IMG/VR virus record: IMGVR_UViG_3300031998_000070
Location: 3,713 to 67,712 of that record
Strand: one strand, 5' to 3'
DNA length: 64,000 nucleotides
Source: a virus
Taxonomy: Duplodnaviria > Caudoviricetes
The number at the start of each line of letters is the position of its first letter. The first letter of the stretch is position 1. The position numbers and the translations under genes were made by a program. The notes below the pieces were generated by a model. That model made no database searches, was not told the origin of the DNA, and saw only the letters and a list, made by a program, of their open reading frames with translations. Of this stretch, positions 1-9,282 are shown one piece after another.

Positions 1-1
1 G

Positions 2-799
2 GCAAAACTCAAGTCAATGGACAGTGAATATAAGATTTTCATCATTGACGAATGTCATGCTATTAGTAATACAGGATGGCAGGCATTTCTAAAACTAATT
101 GAAGAGCCTCCGGCAAAGAGCCTATTTATATTTTGTACTACAGACCCACAAAAGATACCAAAGACAATACTTAGTAGAGTACAGAGATACGACTTTAAAC
201 GTATATCTCAATTTGGTATAGTTCAGAGATTAAAGTGGATATGTGATAACGAAGGTATTGCTCGATATTCAGATAATGGAAAGTTGCCTGATAGCAATTA
301 TGCTACTCAGAGCGCATTACACTATATAGCAAAGATAGCAGACGGAGGGATGAGGGACGCCATAACTATGATGGACAAGTGCTTATCCTATAGTAATCAG
401 TTAACACTTGAAAACGTAGTGAAAGCACTAGGTACTGTTGATTATGATATCATGATGAAACTAACAGATGCGGTATTACATTATAATAGCGAGGAAGTTC
501 TTAAAATTATTGATGGTATACACGCAGAAGGAAAAGACATCAAACAGTTCCTGGCACTATATGTGCAATTCCTATTAGATATACAGAAGTTTAAATTAAC
601 AAAGGACTTCAAATATACACAGTTACCCGGTACAGATAGCAATAAAGAATGGCTGAATGACATTGATAACACAGAGTCCTATGATACTTGTTTTGAATTA
701 CTTAGGATTTTGGTTAAACTCAATGCTTCAATAAAATGGTCGCAGACTGCAAAGTATGATTTGGAAGCAGAACTGTTATTGTTTACCATGGAGGAATGA
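2..799 (+). CDS. dnaX: DNA polymerase III gamma/tau-like clamp-loader ATPase (5'-truncated by the window edge)
   Basis: YKIFIIDECHAIS (Walker B), AFLKLIEEPP, FIFCTTDPQKIPKTILSRVQRYDF (SRC-like motif) and ADGGMRDAITMMD. The frame is open from position 2. Confidence 0.9.
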   Translation, partial: AKLKSMDSEYKIFIIDECHAISNTGWQAFLKLIEEPPAKSLFIFCTTDPQKIPKTILSRVQRYDFKRISQFGIVQRLKWICDNEGIARYSDNGKLPDSNYATQSALHYIAKIADGGMRDAITMMDKCLSYSNQLTLENVVKALGTVDYDIMMKLTDAVLHYNSEEVLKIIDGIHAEGKDIKQFLALYVQFLLDIQKFKLTKDFKYTQLPGTDSNKEWLNDIDNTESYDTCFELLRILVKLNASIKWSQTAKYDLEAELLLFTMEE

Positions 800-800
800 T

Positions 801-938
801 ATGGAGATAGCAATAATAATATTAGCATTTGGTGAATTGTATTTGCTATACAGATACCAGAGATTGGAAAATTTATTTATAAAATTAATGCGAGAGTTAA
901 CAACAATATTAAAACAGATGGAGGAAGAGAGCAAATGA
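801..938 (+). CDS. small membrane protein
   Basis: GGAGG RBS then ATG at 801; hydrophobic N-terminus MEIAIIILAFGELYLL. Confidence 0.55.
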   Translation: MEIAIIILAFGELYLLYRYQRLENLFIKLMRELTTILKQMEEESK

Positions 939-1171
939 TTATTGTAAGAGAAGCAGAAAAGTATACCAAAGCACTTAAAGATCTTAAACCCGGTGAGACA
1001 TTTGAGGTTAGAACACAGCCTGATATTGTGTATATGAAACTCAAAGAGGAAGAGATATCGGCAAACGTTAAGGTGTTGGATTTCTTTAACAGCAAGATTG
1101 TGGAGTTACCAGAAGAGACACCGGTACGTAGAGTAGACGCAGTATTAACAATATCAGCATCACCATATTAA
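935..1171 (+). CDS. hypothetical protein
   Basis: 78-aa ORF with ATGA overlap and an RBS. Confidence 0.65.
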   Translation: MIIVREAEKYTKALKDLKPGETFEVRTQPDIVYMKLKEEEISANVKVLDFFNSKIVELPEETPVRRVDAVLTISASPY

Positions 1172-1184
1172 GGAGGTACTATAT

Positions 1185-1298
1185 ATGAATGCTTTATTAT
1201 CAATATTATCAAAAATTAGCCCTTTTGAGGTAGGTGGTCTCGTATTTATAATAATTTGTGTTACAGCAGCAGTGCTTAGTATAGGGGAGGACGATTAA
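1185..1298 (+). CDS. small membrane peptide (37 aa; not in ORF track)
   Basis: AAGGAGG RBS; MNALLSILSKISPFEVGGLVFIIICVTAAVLSIGEDD*. Confidence 0.55.
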   Translation: MNALLSILSKISPFEVGGLVFIIICVTAAVLSIGEDD

Positions 1299-1484
1299 AT
1301 GAAAGATACACATCCAAGCAATGGGTTAGGATTCTGTGGAATGTTAACACTATTATTCATAGCATTAAAACTTTTAAGAATTATAGATTGGAGCTGGAAA
1401 TGGGTATTGGCTCCATTATGGATGCCAATTCTAATCGCAATTATACTCATATGCGTTATGACAATACTTGCAAGCAAAGGTTGA
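1299..1484 (+). CDS. small two-TM membrane protein
   Basis: GLGFCGMLTLLFIALKLLRIIDWSWKWVLAPLW, two hydrophobic segments. Confidence 0.7.
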   Translation: MKDTHPSNGLGFCGMLTLLFIALKLLRIIDWSWKWVLAPLWMPILIAIILICVMTILASKG

Positions 1485-1495
1485 AAGGATAAATA

Positions 1496-2344
1496 ATGAT
1501 AGGACAGAAATATATTAGAAGTTTTATATACGAGATGGCGAATAAGCATTGTGTTCCCAGGTTTTTATTACTTGTTGGTGATAGTGGAAGTGGTAGAAAA
1601 ACATTGGCACAAGATGTAGCACGCTACATGAATGAACGTGAGAAAGCAGAATCTGGGAACACGTGCAATTCCTATATGCTACCGGACGTTAAGATAGAGA
1701 CTATAAGAACTATGCTAGATAATTCTTACAAACAAAAAACACCGATGGTATATATAGTTCCAGATATTGATAATATGTCTCAGGCGGCACAGAATGCCAT
1801 ACTAAAGGTAACAGAAGAGCCACCAAATAAAGCATATTTCATAATGACAGCTATAGATGTAGATAGCATACTACCTACTATTAAGAGTAGGGCTTTTACA
1901 TTGTGGATGGATAAATATTCAATGGAAGAAATAGAAGAATATGCACTAGGATTAGGTTTAGATCCCGATGATGTTGAAGCGGCAACTACATTATGCGAGA
2001 CACCTGGAGAAGTAAATACCTTCAAATCCAATAATGGCTGTGAATTGGTGAACTTCGCATATAAGGTGGTAAATAATATAACTACAGTATCCACAGCAAA
2101 TGCTTTGAAGATACTAAACGAGCTAGATATTAAGGAGGAAGGCAAAGGCTATGATGTATGTCTATTTCTTAAGTTGTTCATAAAAGGATGCGTAAAAAAT
2201 GCTATACATGAGACAGACAAATCACTTGCAATAGATTATATATTTATGGTTTCACCTACCGGCAAAGCACTTGCCAATATGAAGGTAAAAGGTGCAAATA
2301 AAAATATGATACTTACGAATTGGATATTTGATATAAGGAGTTAA
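1496..2344 (+). CDS. holB: DNA polymerase III delta-prime-like clamp-loader subunit
   Basis: P-loop-like LLVGDSGSGRKTLA, DVKIETIR, MSQAAQNAILKVTEEPP and ILPTIKSR, the pattern of the HolB/DnaX family. Confidence 0.8.
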   Translation: MIGQKYIRSFIYEMANKHCVPRFLLLVGDSGSGRKTLAQDVARYMNEREKAESGNTCNSYMLPDVKIETIRTMLDNSYKQKTPMVYIVPDIDNMSQAAQNAILKVTEEPPNKAYFIMTAIDVDSILPTIKSRAFTLWMDKYSMEEIEEYALGLGLDPDDVEAATTLCETPGEVNTFKSNNGCELVNFAYKVVNNITTVSTANALKILNELDIKEEGKGYDVCLFLKLFIKGCVKNAIHETDKSLAIDYIFMVSPTGKALANMKVKGANKNMILTNWIFDIRS

Positions 2345-2345
2345 C

Positions 2346-3299
2346 ATGGAACAGGCAACGCTGAAGCAACTTATACAGAAGAACGAGGTGCCTAACTTCT
2401 TAGCATTCACTGGTGAGGAATGGGCAGCACAAAAGATATATATAGATCAAATAGTAAAGCGATATAAGCTGGAAAAAAGATATATAGATACAGTGTATGA
2501 AGTTCTACCTAAATTAGGCAATAAGAAGTTCATAACATCTCATAACTATTTGTATCTGGTACGAGACGACAATAAGATACTAACAGATTTTAAATGCCTA
2601 GATAAGTTACAGCAGTTACTCGGCAATAATATATTGATTTTGCTTATTACCAAACTGGATAAGCGTACTAAATTTGCTTCTACATATAAAGACAGCATAA
2701 TAGAATTTAATCCCTTAAATCCCGTAGATTTAAAGAAATATATAAAGAAGGAAATAACACTAAGTGATAATAATTGTGACAAGTTGATAGAAGTATGTGA
2801 AGGCAATTATGGACGCATATTGTTAGAGATAGATAAGATAAAGCATTATGATGCAGGCGTATCCAAAACCCATGAAGAAGCCGAGTTGTGGGATTTAGAT
2901 TTTAAATCATTGCTGGCAGATGGAACTATATATACTCCACCAAAAGATGCCATATTTGATTTGGTAGATGCAATACTAGATAGAAAGACAAAACTCACAT
3001 TCGATTTATTAGAGCAATGTAAAGCAATAAATGAATCAAGCTTTGCTATATTAACTGTGCTATTTAATAATGCCAAAGCAATCTTACAGGTGCAGACGTG
3101 TAAAAATACTAATATAACTAAGTCTACTGGGTTAACTGGATGGCAGATAATGAATGCTAAGAAGCATCTGAATACATATACAAACACAGAATTGCAAAAT
3201 ATGTTAAAATTATTAAGTAACGTCGTACACGGCGTGAAGATAGGAACTATAGAAGAGAGGTATGTATTGGATTATGTGTTAGCGAGGATACTAGGATGA
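2346..3299 (+). CDS. holA: DNA polymerase III delta-like clamp-loader subunit
   Basis: NFLAFTGEEW, LIEVCEGNYGRILLEIDKI and DAIFDLVDAIL match HolA architecture; 317 aa; directly follows the holB-like gene. Confidence 0.7.
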   Translation: MEQATLKQLIQKNEVPNFLAFTGEEWAAQKIYIDQIVKRYKLEKRYIDTVYEVLPKLGNKKFITSHNYLYLVRDDNKILTDFKCLDKLQQLLGNNILILLITKLDKRTKFASTYKDSIIEFNPLNPVDLKKYIKKEITLSDNNCDKLIEVCEGNYGRILLEIDKIKHYDAGVSKTHEEAELWDLDFKSLLADGTIYTPPKDAIFDLVDAILDRKTKLTFDLLEQCKAINESSFAILTVLFNNAKAILQVQTCKNTNITKSTGLTGWQIMNAKKHLNTYTNTELQNMLKLLSNVVHGVKIGTIEERYVLDYVLARILG

Positions 3300-3553
3300 A
3301 TAATGGAAAAGGATTAAAACTATCAAACAATTCAGGTGAGACCCCATGCAAGGTATGCAAAGACAGGTACATAGGTTGCCACGGTAAATGCTTAGCTTAT
3401 ATAGATTGGAAGCAGAAGCATGACGCAATTAAGCAGGAGATAATAGACGCAAAAGAATTCGAGAACTTAATGTGGAAGGGCAAGCAGCATAATGCGTTAA
3501 AGAAGTTAAAGAAGCGTGGAGGGAAATACAATGGGCACTATGGTTCAAGATGA
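3296..3553 (+). CDS. Cys/His-rich small phage protein
   Basis: CKVCKDRYIGCHGKC motif. Confidence 0.65.
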   Translation: MNNGKGLKLSNNSGETPCKVCKDRYIGCHGKCLAYIDWKQKHDAIKQEIIDAKEFENLMWKGKQHNALKKLKKRGGKYNGHYGSR

Positions 3554-3722
3554 TGTGTTGATATGTCCTAACTGTTCTGGAGCTTTAAGAAAAATATATA
3601 CAGATAGTGATGTGGTATATGTATGCAACGATAGTGAGTGTGGAACAGTTTTAAGAGTTGCAGATTCGGGGCAGAGTGAGCGCGAATTGAAATGTGAGGT
3701 ACTACATGACAGAAGAATCTAA
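3531..3722 (+). CDS. zinc-ribbon protein
   Basis: CPNC...CNDSEC pairs. Confidence 0.6.
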   Translation: MGTMVQDDVLICPNCSGALRKIYTDSDVVYVCNDSECGTVLRVADSGQSERELKCEVLHDRRI

Positions 3723-3858
3723 AGAATACGCATATTGTTTAAGATGTGGTAGAAAATTAAAAAATGAACAGGCAAAGAAAATAGGTTATGGAGCAGTATG
3801 CTTGAAGAAACTACAAACTAAGAAACATTATATGAAGTTGTTTAATATAAGCAAATAA
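3706..3858 (+). CDS. small zinc-finger protein, DUF6011-like (50 aa; not in ORF track)
   Basis: MTEESKEYAYCLRCGRKLKNEQAKKIGYGAVCLKK; GAGG RBS. Confidence 0.7.
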   Translation: MTEESKEYAYCLRCGRKLKNEQAKKIGYGAVCLKKLQTKKHYMKLFNISK

Positions 3859-3890
3859 CATATAATATAATTATTCAGAAGGGAAGCAAT

Positions 3891-4439
3891 ATGAGGAAAG
3901 TAATATCGATAGGAATTGGGGTATTGTTAATGTGTCCGATGTTACTTACGACTAGCGTGGTGAAGGCAGGAGAGGAAGAAGTAATTGAAACAAATATACC
4001 AGAATTAAATACATTAGAAATACAAGAATTAACACAGGATATAATAGATGTTATAGAAGACACAGATATAGAACAGGTACAGCTAACACAGCAGGAAGAG
4101 ACACTATTGATGCAAGTGGCTCGGGCAGAGAGTGGAACATCATTAAAAGGACAGTTATGGGCAATGCGTACAATACTTAATAGAGTAGGTACACATTTTG
4201 GTGACAATGTAACTGAAGTAATAACAGCAAAGAACCAATTTGAAGTATATAGCAAGGGAATATATAAGAGAGTAGAATTGGTAGACGAGACATATACAGC
4301 AATGGAAATGATAAAGAATGGTTGGGACGAAACAGAGGGGGCACTGTATTGGCGTTCAGATAGAGGCAGTAAAAACAGCTGGCATGAAAAGAATTTACAT
4401 TACATAAAAACAGTGGAGGGGAATAGGTACTATAGATGA
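3891..4439 (+). CDS. SleB/CwlJ-like cell-wall hydrolase (Hydrolase_2) with N-terminal signal or anchor
   Basis: LLMQVARAESG (catalytic Glu), TILNRV, VITAKNQFE, GALYW and a hydrophobic N-terminus. Confidence 0.8.
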   Translation: MRKVISIGIGVLLMCPMLLTTSVVKAGEEEVIETNIPELNTLEIQELTQDIIDVIEDTDIEQVQLTQQEETLLMQVARAESGTSLKGQLWAMRTILNRVGTHFGDNVTEVITAKNQFEVYSKGIYKRVELVDETYTAMEMIKNGWDETEGALYWRSDRGSKNSWHEKNLHYIKTVEGNRYYR

Positions 4440-4744
4440 ATAGTAATTCTACAATGATACGCAGATTAAAAATTGCCATAAACAACAAAGTAACAGACAA
4501 ATTGGTATACAACACATCAGAGTTCTATAGTGAGGAACAGGATAGAACAATTACTGTATACACAATTAAAAAAGCAATTCGCGGCAAAGCAAGGAAGAAA
4601 AAATATATAGAACTATTCCATAGTACATCACAAATACAAATAGTACTATTCTTAAGAGATTATTGGTATCAATTAAACAACATTCCACTTCCAACAAATA
4701 ATGAAACGTGGAATAAAATAAGAGAAAGTATAAAGGAGAATTGA
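4436..4744 (+). CDS. hypothetical protein
   Basis: 102-aa ORF overlapping its neighbours. Confidence 0.6.
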   Translation: MNSNSTMIRRLKIAINNKVTDKLVYNTSEFYSEEQDRTITVYTIKKAIRGKARKKKYIELFHSTSQIQIVLFLRDYWYQLNNIPLPTNNETWNKIRESIKEN

Positions 4745-4745
4745 T

Positions 4746-5357
4746 ATGAAAAAAATCGGCGGGGAGGACAAGGAAAATAACAATACTCCAAAAAGAAAAT
4801 ATAATAAAAAGAATACAAATAAAAAGAAAAAATCTAATTCTATATTAGAAACAAATAAACCTGCAAGACATGAATATAGAAATAGAATAAGAACTAAAAC
4901 AAATACAGGACATAATTTAACTCCATTAGAAGCAAAATTCATTCAATTATATGTTGAAACTGGTAATGGAATGCAGAGTGTTATACAGGCAGGATATAAG
5001 TGTAAGAGTCCTAGACAGTATGCACAGGAGCTTTTGACAAAACCTTACATCGCTGAGGAAATAACCTACCAACTCGAGCAATTCAAGAAAAATAGTATCG
5101 CCACAGCAGAAGAAGTAATGGAGTTTTACACCAAAGTAATGCGTGGGGAAGTAAAGGATCAGTTTGAGTTGGACGCACCGTTATCAGAACGTATTAAAGC
5201 TGGCAACGAACTGGCAAAACGACTTGTAGACATACCTAATAAGCTGGAAGGCAAGTCACAAGCAACAGTTACTATATCATTAGATTGGAGTGGTATGGAG
5301 GAAAATGATAATGATGGGGAAAATGCAGAATGTGGCAACGACGGGGAAAAGTGTTGA
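4746..5357 (+). CDS. terS: terminase small subunit
   Basis: LTPLEAKFIQLYVETGNGMQSVIQAGY...AQELLTKPYI HTH pattern of Terminase_2; IATAEEVMEFYTKVMRGE. Confidence 0.85.
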   Translation: MKKIGGEDKENNNTPKRKYNKKNTNKKKKSNSILETNKPARHEYRNRIRTKTNTGHNLTPLEAKFIQLYVETGNGMQSVIQAGYKCKSPRQYAQELLTKPYIAEEITYQLEQFKKNSIATAEEVMEFYTKVMRGEVKDQFELDAPLSERIKAGNELAKRLVDIPNKLEGKSQATVTISLDWSGMEENDNDGENAECGNDGEKC

Positions 5358-5658
5358 TTTAGACCCTAGGCAAAACACCAAAAACAGAAATAATTCTACC
5401 AAAAATAAAACTACCAAAAAGCAATGGCTATGGGAATTCAGCAAAAAGATTGTTGTATTAGTAGCTATTGCCTTTTTCATGACTTTAATATATACGCTTA
5501 TATTTTTAATAATAAATCCAGACAGTACAGCAATACAGTTTCTATTAGATAATATGAGTGATATATTTAAAGTAACGGTGGTAAGTTACGCAGTAAAAGC
5601 CGGATTTGAAAATGTGGTAAAGATAAAGAAATATGACATTGGAGACGGCGAAGAATAA
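5290..5658 (+). CDS. membrane protein, holin-like (start uncertain)
   Basis: TM segments IVVLVAIAFFMTLIYTLIFLII and VTVVSYAV; next to the endolysin. Confidence 0.5.
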   Translation: MVWRKMIMMGKMQNVATTGKSVDLDPRQNTKNRNNSTKNKTTKKQWLWEFSKKIVVLVAIAFFMTLIYTLIFLIINPDSTAIQFLLDNMSDIFKVTVVSYAVKAGFENVVKIKKYDIGDGEE

Positions 5659-5666
5659 AGGAGGAG

Positions 5667-5936
5667 TTGCCTATGGAATTATATTACAAAGGAATGTTGG
5701 TAGGAATTCTTATTGGAGTATTAAGTGTAGAGATTATAATTCCTATACTTCAGCAACTTGAGAGCGTTATAGTAACCGCTTTGGAAATCATTAACGGATA
5801 CTCAACATTGAATGTAAGCAAGCACAATGTAGAAATAGCAAAGCTAAGAAAAGAGATGGAAGATGTATCGGAACCTATATCAACAAATGTAATTGGGTTT
5901 GAATTACCTAATGTAGAAGAGGAGGAAGAAGAATGA
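5667..5936 (+). CDS. membrane-anchored protein in the lysis region
   Basis: N-terminal TM helix and acidic tail. Confidence 0.5.
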   Translation: MPMELYYKGMLVGILIGVLSVEIIIPILQQLESVIVTALEIINGYSTLNVSKHNVEIAKLRKEMEDVSEPISTNVIGFELPNVEEEEEE

Positions 5937-6235
5937 ACGGACAATTTTTAGTATCAGCATTAGCAATTATTTCAGTATTAACATCATTAACAGTACAGGC
6001 AATTAAGAAGCTGTTAGACGAGAAAGGCATGACTTATAGCTCAAATGTATTGGCAGCAGTAACAGCGGTAGCATTAACAGCAATTAGTGCAATCGGATAT
6101 GTAATCTACACAGGAACAGCAGTAAATGCTCAGGTTATCATTACAGCATTAGCACTTATGTTTTTATCATTTTTAGGTAGCACAGTCGGATATGATAAAG
6201 TTGTACAGCTGATTAAGCAGTTAGGAGAGATTTGA
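5933..6235 (+). CDS. holin-like three-TM protein
   Basis: Three hydrophobic segments, ending GYDKVVQLIKQL; upstream of the endolysin. Confidence 0.65.
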   Translation: MNGQFLVSALAIISVLTSLTVQAIKKLLDEKGMTYSSNVLAAVTAVALTAISAIGYVIYTGTAVNAQVIITALALMFLSFLGSTVGYDKVVQLIKQLGEI

Positions 6236-6636
6236 ACGTAGTAGCAGCAGTGATAGTTGATAAAAATAAAGTGTTTGCCGCATCAAGAGGTTATGGCAAA
6301 TATAAAGGTTGGTGGGAGTTTCCTGGTGGCAAAATAGAGAAAAATGAAACACCACAGCAAGCACTTATGCGTGAAATGAAAGAAGAATTAGATGTAACAG
6401 TGAAAGTTGGTAGACTCATAAAGACAGTTGAATATGATTACGAAGACTTTCATTTATCTATGAAGTGTTATTACGCAACTATCTTACAAGGAAACATTAA
6501 ATTGGTAGAAGCATTGGAAAGCAGATGGCTAAGTTTAAATGAATTGGACAATGTGAAATGGCTACCGGCGGATAAGATGATATTGGAGGACATAGCAAAT
6601 GGCATACACAACGCAAACGTTCTTAGAAAAATTTAA
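6232..6636 (+). CDS. MutT-like Nudix hydrolase
   Basis: Nudix box WEFPGGKIEKNETPQQALMREMKEELDV; TTG start. Confidence 0.9.
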   Translation: MNVVAAVIVDKNKVFAASRGYGKYKGWWEFPGGKIEKNETPQQALMREMKEELDVTVKVGRLIKTVEYDYEDFHLSMKCYYATILQGNIKLVEALESRWLSLNELDNVKWLPADKMILEDIANGIHNANVLRKI

Positions 6637-7282
6637 ACAGTACGCAATAAACGACATGAAACAGTCAGGCATATTGGCGTCGTTGACAGCAGCACAAGCA
6701 TTGATAGAAAGTAACAGAGGCAACAGTGGGCTGACAACGAAAGCAAATAACTTGTTTGGTATTAAAGGAAGCTACAATAAGCAATCAGTATCAATGCTAA
6801 CAACAGAATATTACAATGGCGTGAAGACAAGAGTTTACCAAAACTTCAGAAAGTATCCAAGCTGGCAGGAATCAGTAAATGACCACAGTGCAATGTTTAA
6901 CAGAATGGCACGTTATGAGAACCTTAGGAACTGTCAGGACTACGAAGAAGCATGCACAAATGTAAAGAAAGATGGATATGCAACAGCACCGGATTACGCA
7001 CAGACACTTATTAAGTCAGTAAAGAATAATAAGTTGTGGATGTGGGATTACGAAGTGCTGAAAAACTATGCACCGGTTAAACTTAGAACTGTAAAGAAAG
7101 GTAGCGACGGAGGAGGAGTGTATTTACTTCAAACACTGTTAAAAGCAAAAGGCTATAAGCTAGGCTTAGATGGACAGTTCGGGGGAGAGACTGATTACAT
7201 AGTAAGAAACTACCAAGAGAAAAATGGATTAGTGGTAGATGGCATTGTAGGGCAAAAAACATGGAGTAAATTAAAAGCATGA
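6599..7282 (+). CDS. endolysin: GH73 glucosaminidase/muramidase domain plus PG_binding_1 domain
   Basis: AAQALIES, NNLFGIKG, FRKYPSW, YATAPDY; C-terminal LDGQFG...VDGIVGQKTWSKL. Confidence 0.9.
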   Translation: MAYTTQTFLEKFKQYAINDMKQSGILASLTAAQALIESNRGNSGLTTKANNLFGIKGSYNKQSVSMLTTEYYNGVKTRVYQNFRKYPSWQESVNDHSAMFNRMARYENLRNCQDYEEACTNVKKDGYATAPDYAQTLIKSVKNNKLWMWDYEVLKNYAPVKLRTVKKGSDGGGVYLLQTLLKAKGYKLGLDGQFGGETDYIVRNYQEKNGLVVDGIVGQKTWSKLKA

Positions 7283-8613
7283 TAGGAACTAATGTTCAAC
7301 CAAAAGTGAATATCAATATGGCAGATGTTATAGCAAAGGTGTACAAACCACTATTCGTAGATGTAATGAGGCATAAGCATAGCATGTACACATTACCAGG
7401 AGGACGAGGAAGTATCAAGTCCTCCTTCATCAGTGAGTGTATTCCTTTGCTAATAATACAGTATCCAAATATACACGCAGTATGCTTTAGAAAAGTTGGT
7501 AACACGATACAAAAAAGCATATTCGCGCAGGTGGTGTGGGCAATATACAAATTAGGACTAGAAGAGTTTTTCCATATACCAAAAAACTACTCAACACCAA
7601 TCACATACAAACCCACAGGACAGCAGATAATATTCATGGGACTTGATGATCCTATGAAAGTAAAGTCAATTAAGATACCATTTGGATACATTGGTATTAC
7701 ATGGTTCGAGGAGTTAGACCAATTTAGTGGACCGGAAGAGCTACGTAAAGTAACACAGTCCACAAAGCGTGGTGGAGATAAGTATTGGGATTTCAGAAGC
7801 TTCAACCCACCAATAAGTAAGAATAATTGGGCAAACGAATTTGCGGACGAGGAAGAGTTTAAAAGTGATAAGAACAGAAGTATAGTATTTAGAACTAACT
7901 ACACGATGATACCAAGAGAGTGGCTAGGCGAAGAGTTCTTATACGAAGCAGAAGACTTGAAACGTAAGAACCCAAGGGCATACGAACATGAATACATGGG
8001 AGTGCCTATTGGAACAGGTGGAGATGTATTTCCTAATGTTTACGAATTGGATATGACACAGCCACACGATGTACTAGATGCGCAAGGCAATGTTATGTAC
8101 ACAACACCATTGATAGATACTTTTGATAACATACACAATGGACTTGACTGGGGTTTTGCAAAAGATCCTACAGCATTTAATAAAATACACTATGATAGAA
8201 ATCATCATGATGTGTACATATTCAAAGAAGCAAGACTTCAGCATAAACGTAACAAGGAAATATTTGATTATTTGTATGAAGAAAACAAACTGCTTAGAAA
8301 AGACGAACTGCTAACGTGTGATAGCGCAGAGCCTAAGAGTATAGCAGACTTTAAAGCATTTGGTAGCTTTGTACGAGGGGCAGACAAAGGTCCTGACAGC
8401 GTAAGGTATTCAATGAGATGGTTCCAAGGACTTAATCACATATACATAGACAGAAAAGCATGCCCGGAAACATGGAAAGAATTTACAGAATATGAATATG
8501 AACAGGACAAGGATGGCAACTTTATAAGCAAATATCCAGATGAAAATAATCATCAAATTGATGCAACTAGATATGCACTTGAAGACTATTGGAAGAGGAA
8601 AGGAAACGCATAA
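7279..8613 (+). CDS. terL: terminase large subunit (PBSX family)
   Basis: PGGRGSIKSS (Walker A), WFEELDQF (Walker B), SFNPP, GLDWGFAKDP, DSAEPKSI and NHQIDATRYA. Confidence 0.95.
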   Translation: MIGTNVQPKVNINMADVIAKVYKPLFVDVMRHKHSMYTLPGGRGSIKSSFISECIPLLIIQYPNIHAVCFRKVGNTIQKSIFAQVVWAIYKLGLEEFFHIPKNYSTPITYKPTGQQIIFMGLDDPMKVKSIKIPFGYIGITWFEELDQFSGPEELRKVTQSTKRGGDKYWDFRSFNPPISKNNWANEFADEEEFKSDKNRSIVFRTNYTMIPREWLGEEFLYEAEDLKRKNPRAYEHEYMGVPIGTGGDVFPNVYELDMTQPHDVLDAQGNVMYTTPLIDTFDNIHNGLDWGFAKDPTAFNKIHYDRNHHDVYIFKEARLQHKRNKEIFDYLYEENKLLRKDELLTCDSAEPKSIADFKAFGSFVRGADKGPDSVRYSMRWFQGLNHIYIDRKACPETWKEFTEYEYEQDKDGNFISKYPDENNHQIDATRYALEDYWKRKGNA

Positions 8614-9281
8614 TGAAATATATAATCATGTGTGGAGGAAGTGCCTTTGCAAAAGACCCTCCGATACCATTAACAGAAATATGTGGAGAGACGGTTGTAG
8701 CAAGGACAATAAGATTGCTTAGAGAGAATGGAGTAGAAGATATAGCTATTAGTGGACCCACACAATATTACCAACATTTAGAAGTGCCAGTTTTAGAACA
8801 CGACAATCCTTCTTGTGGTAAACCAGGGTACCACTGGCTAAATGCTTTTTATCCAATGTCAACGCCAGTATGTTATATCTACGGTGATGTATTTTATTCA
8901 CCAACCGCAATTAAAACTATTGTGGAATGTGAGACAGACGATATTGAATACTTCGCAAGTGCTTATCCATTAAGTCTCTTATACATTAAGAAGGGCAGAG
9001 AGCCATTTGCATTTAAGGTAGTTAACACTAAGAGATTTTTTGAATGTGTGGAACGGACGAAAAGGTATGACAAGGAACACTGCTTTAAACGTTCAGCGAT
9101 TTCGTGGGAATTATGGCAAGTGATTAGAGCAACACCACTTAATATTATCAATCAGGATTACACAGTGATCAACGATTACACTGTGGACATAGATAGCCAT
9201 ACAGAAGAAGCAGTGAGAAAATTAGAGTGCATAATGAAAACGGTGAACAAACTAGAAGAAATAATAATGGGAGGAGACTAA
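8613..9281 (+). CDS. nucleotidyltransferase-fold protein (MobA/LicC/GT-A-like NTP transferase)
   Basis: MKYIIMCGG...PLTEICGETVVARTIRLL...VEDIAI, YIYGDVFYS and VDIDS. Confidence 0.65.
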   Translation: MKYIIMCGGSAFAKDPPIPLTEICGETVVARTIRLLRENGVEDIAISGPTQYYQHLEVPVLEHDNPSCGKPGYHWLNAFYPMSTPVCYIYGDVFYSPTAIKTIVECETDDIEYFASAYPLSLLYIKKGREPFAFKVVNTKRFFECVERTKRYDKEHCFKRSAISWELWQVIRATPLNIINQDYTVINDYTVDIDSHTEEAVRKLECIMKTVNKLEEIIMGGD

Positions 9282-9282
9282 T

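Noticed and set aside
3840-3885. Sporulation sigma-factor promoter (CATATAAT) before the SleB-like gene
   Set aside because: A -10-like match only, in AT-rich sequence; no convincing -35 element.
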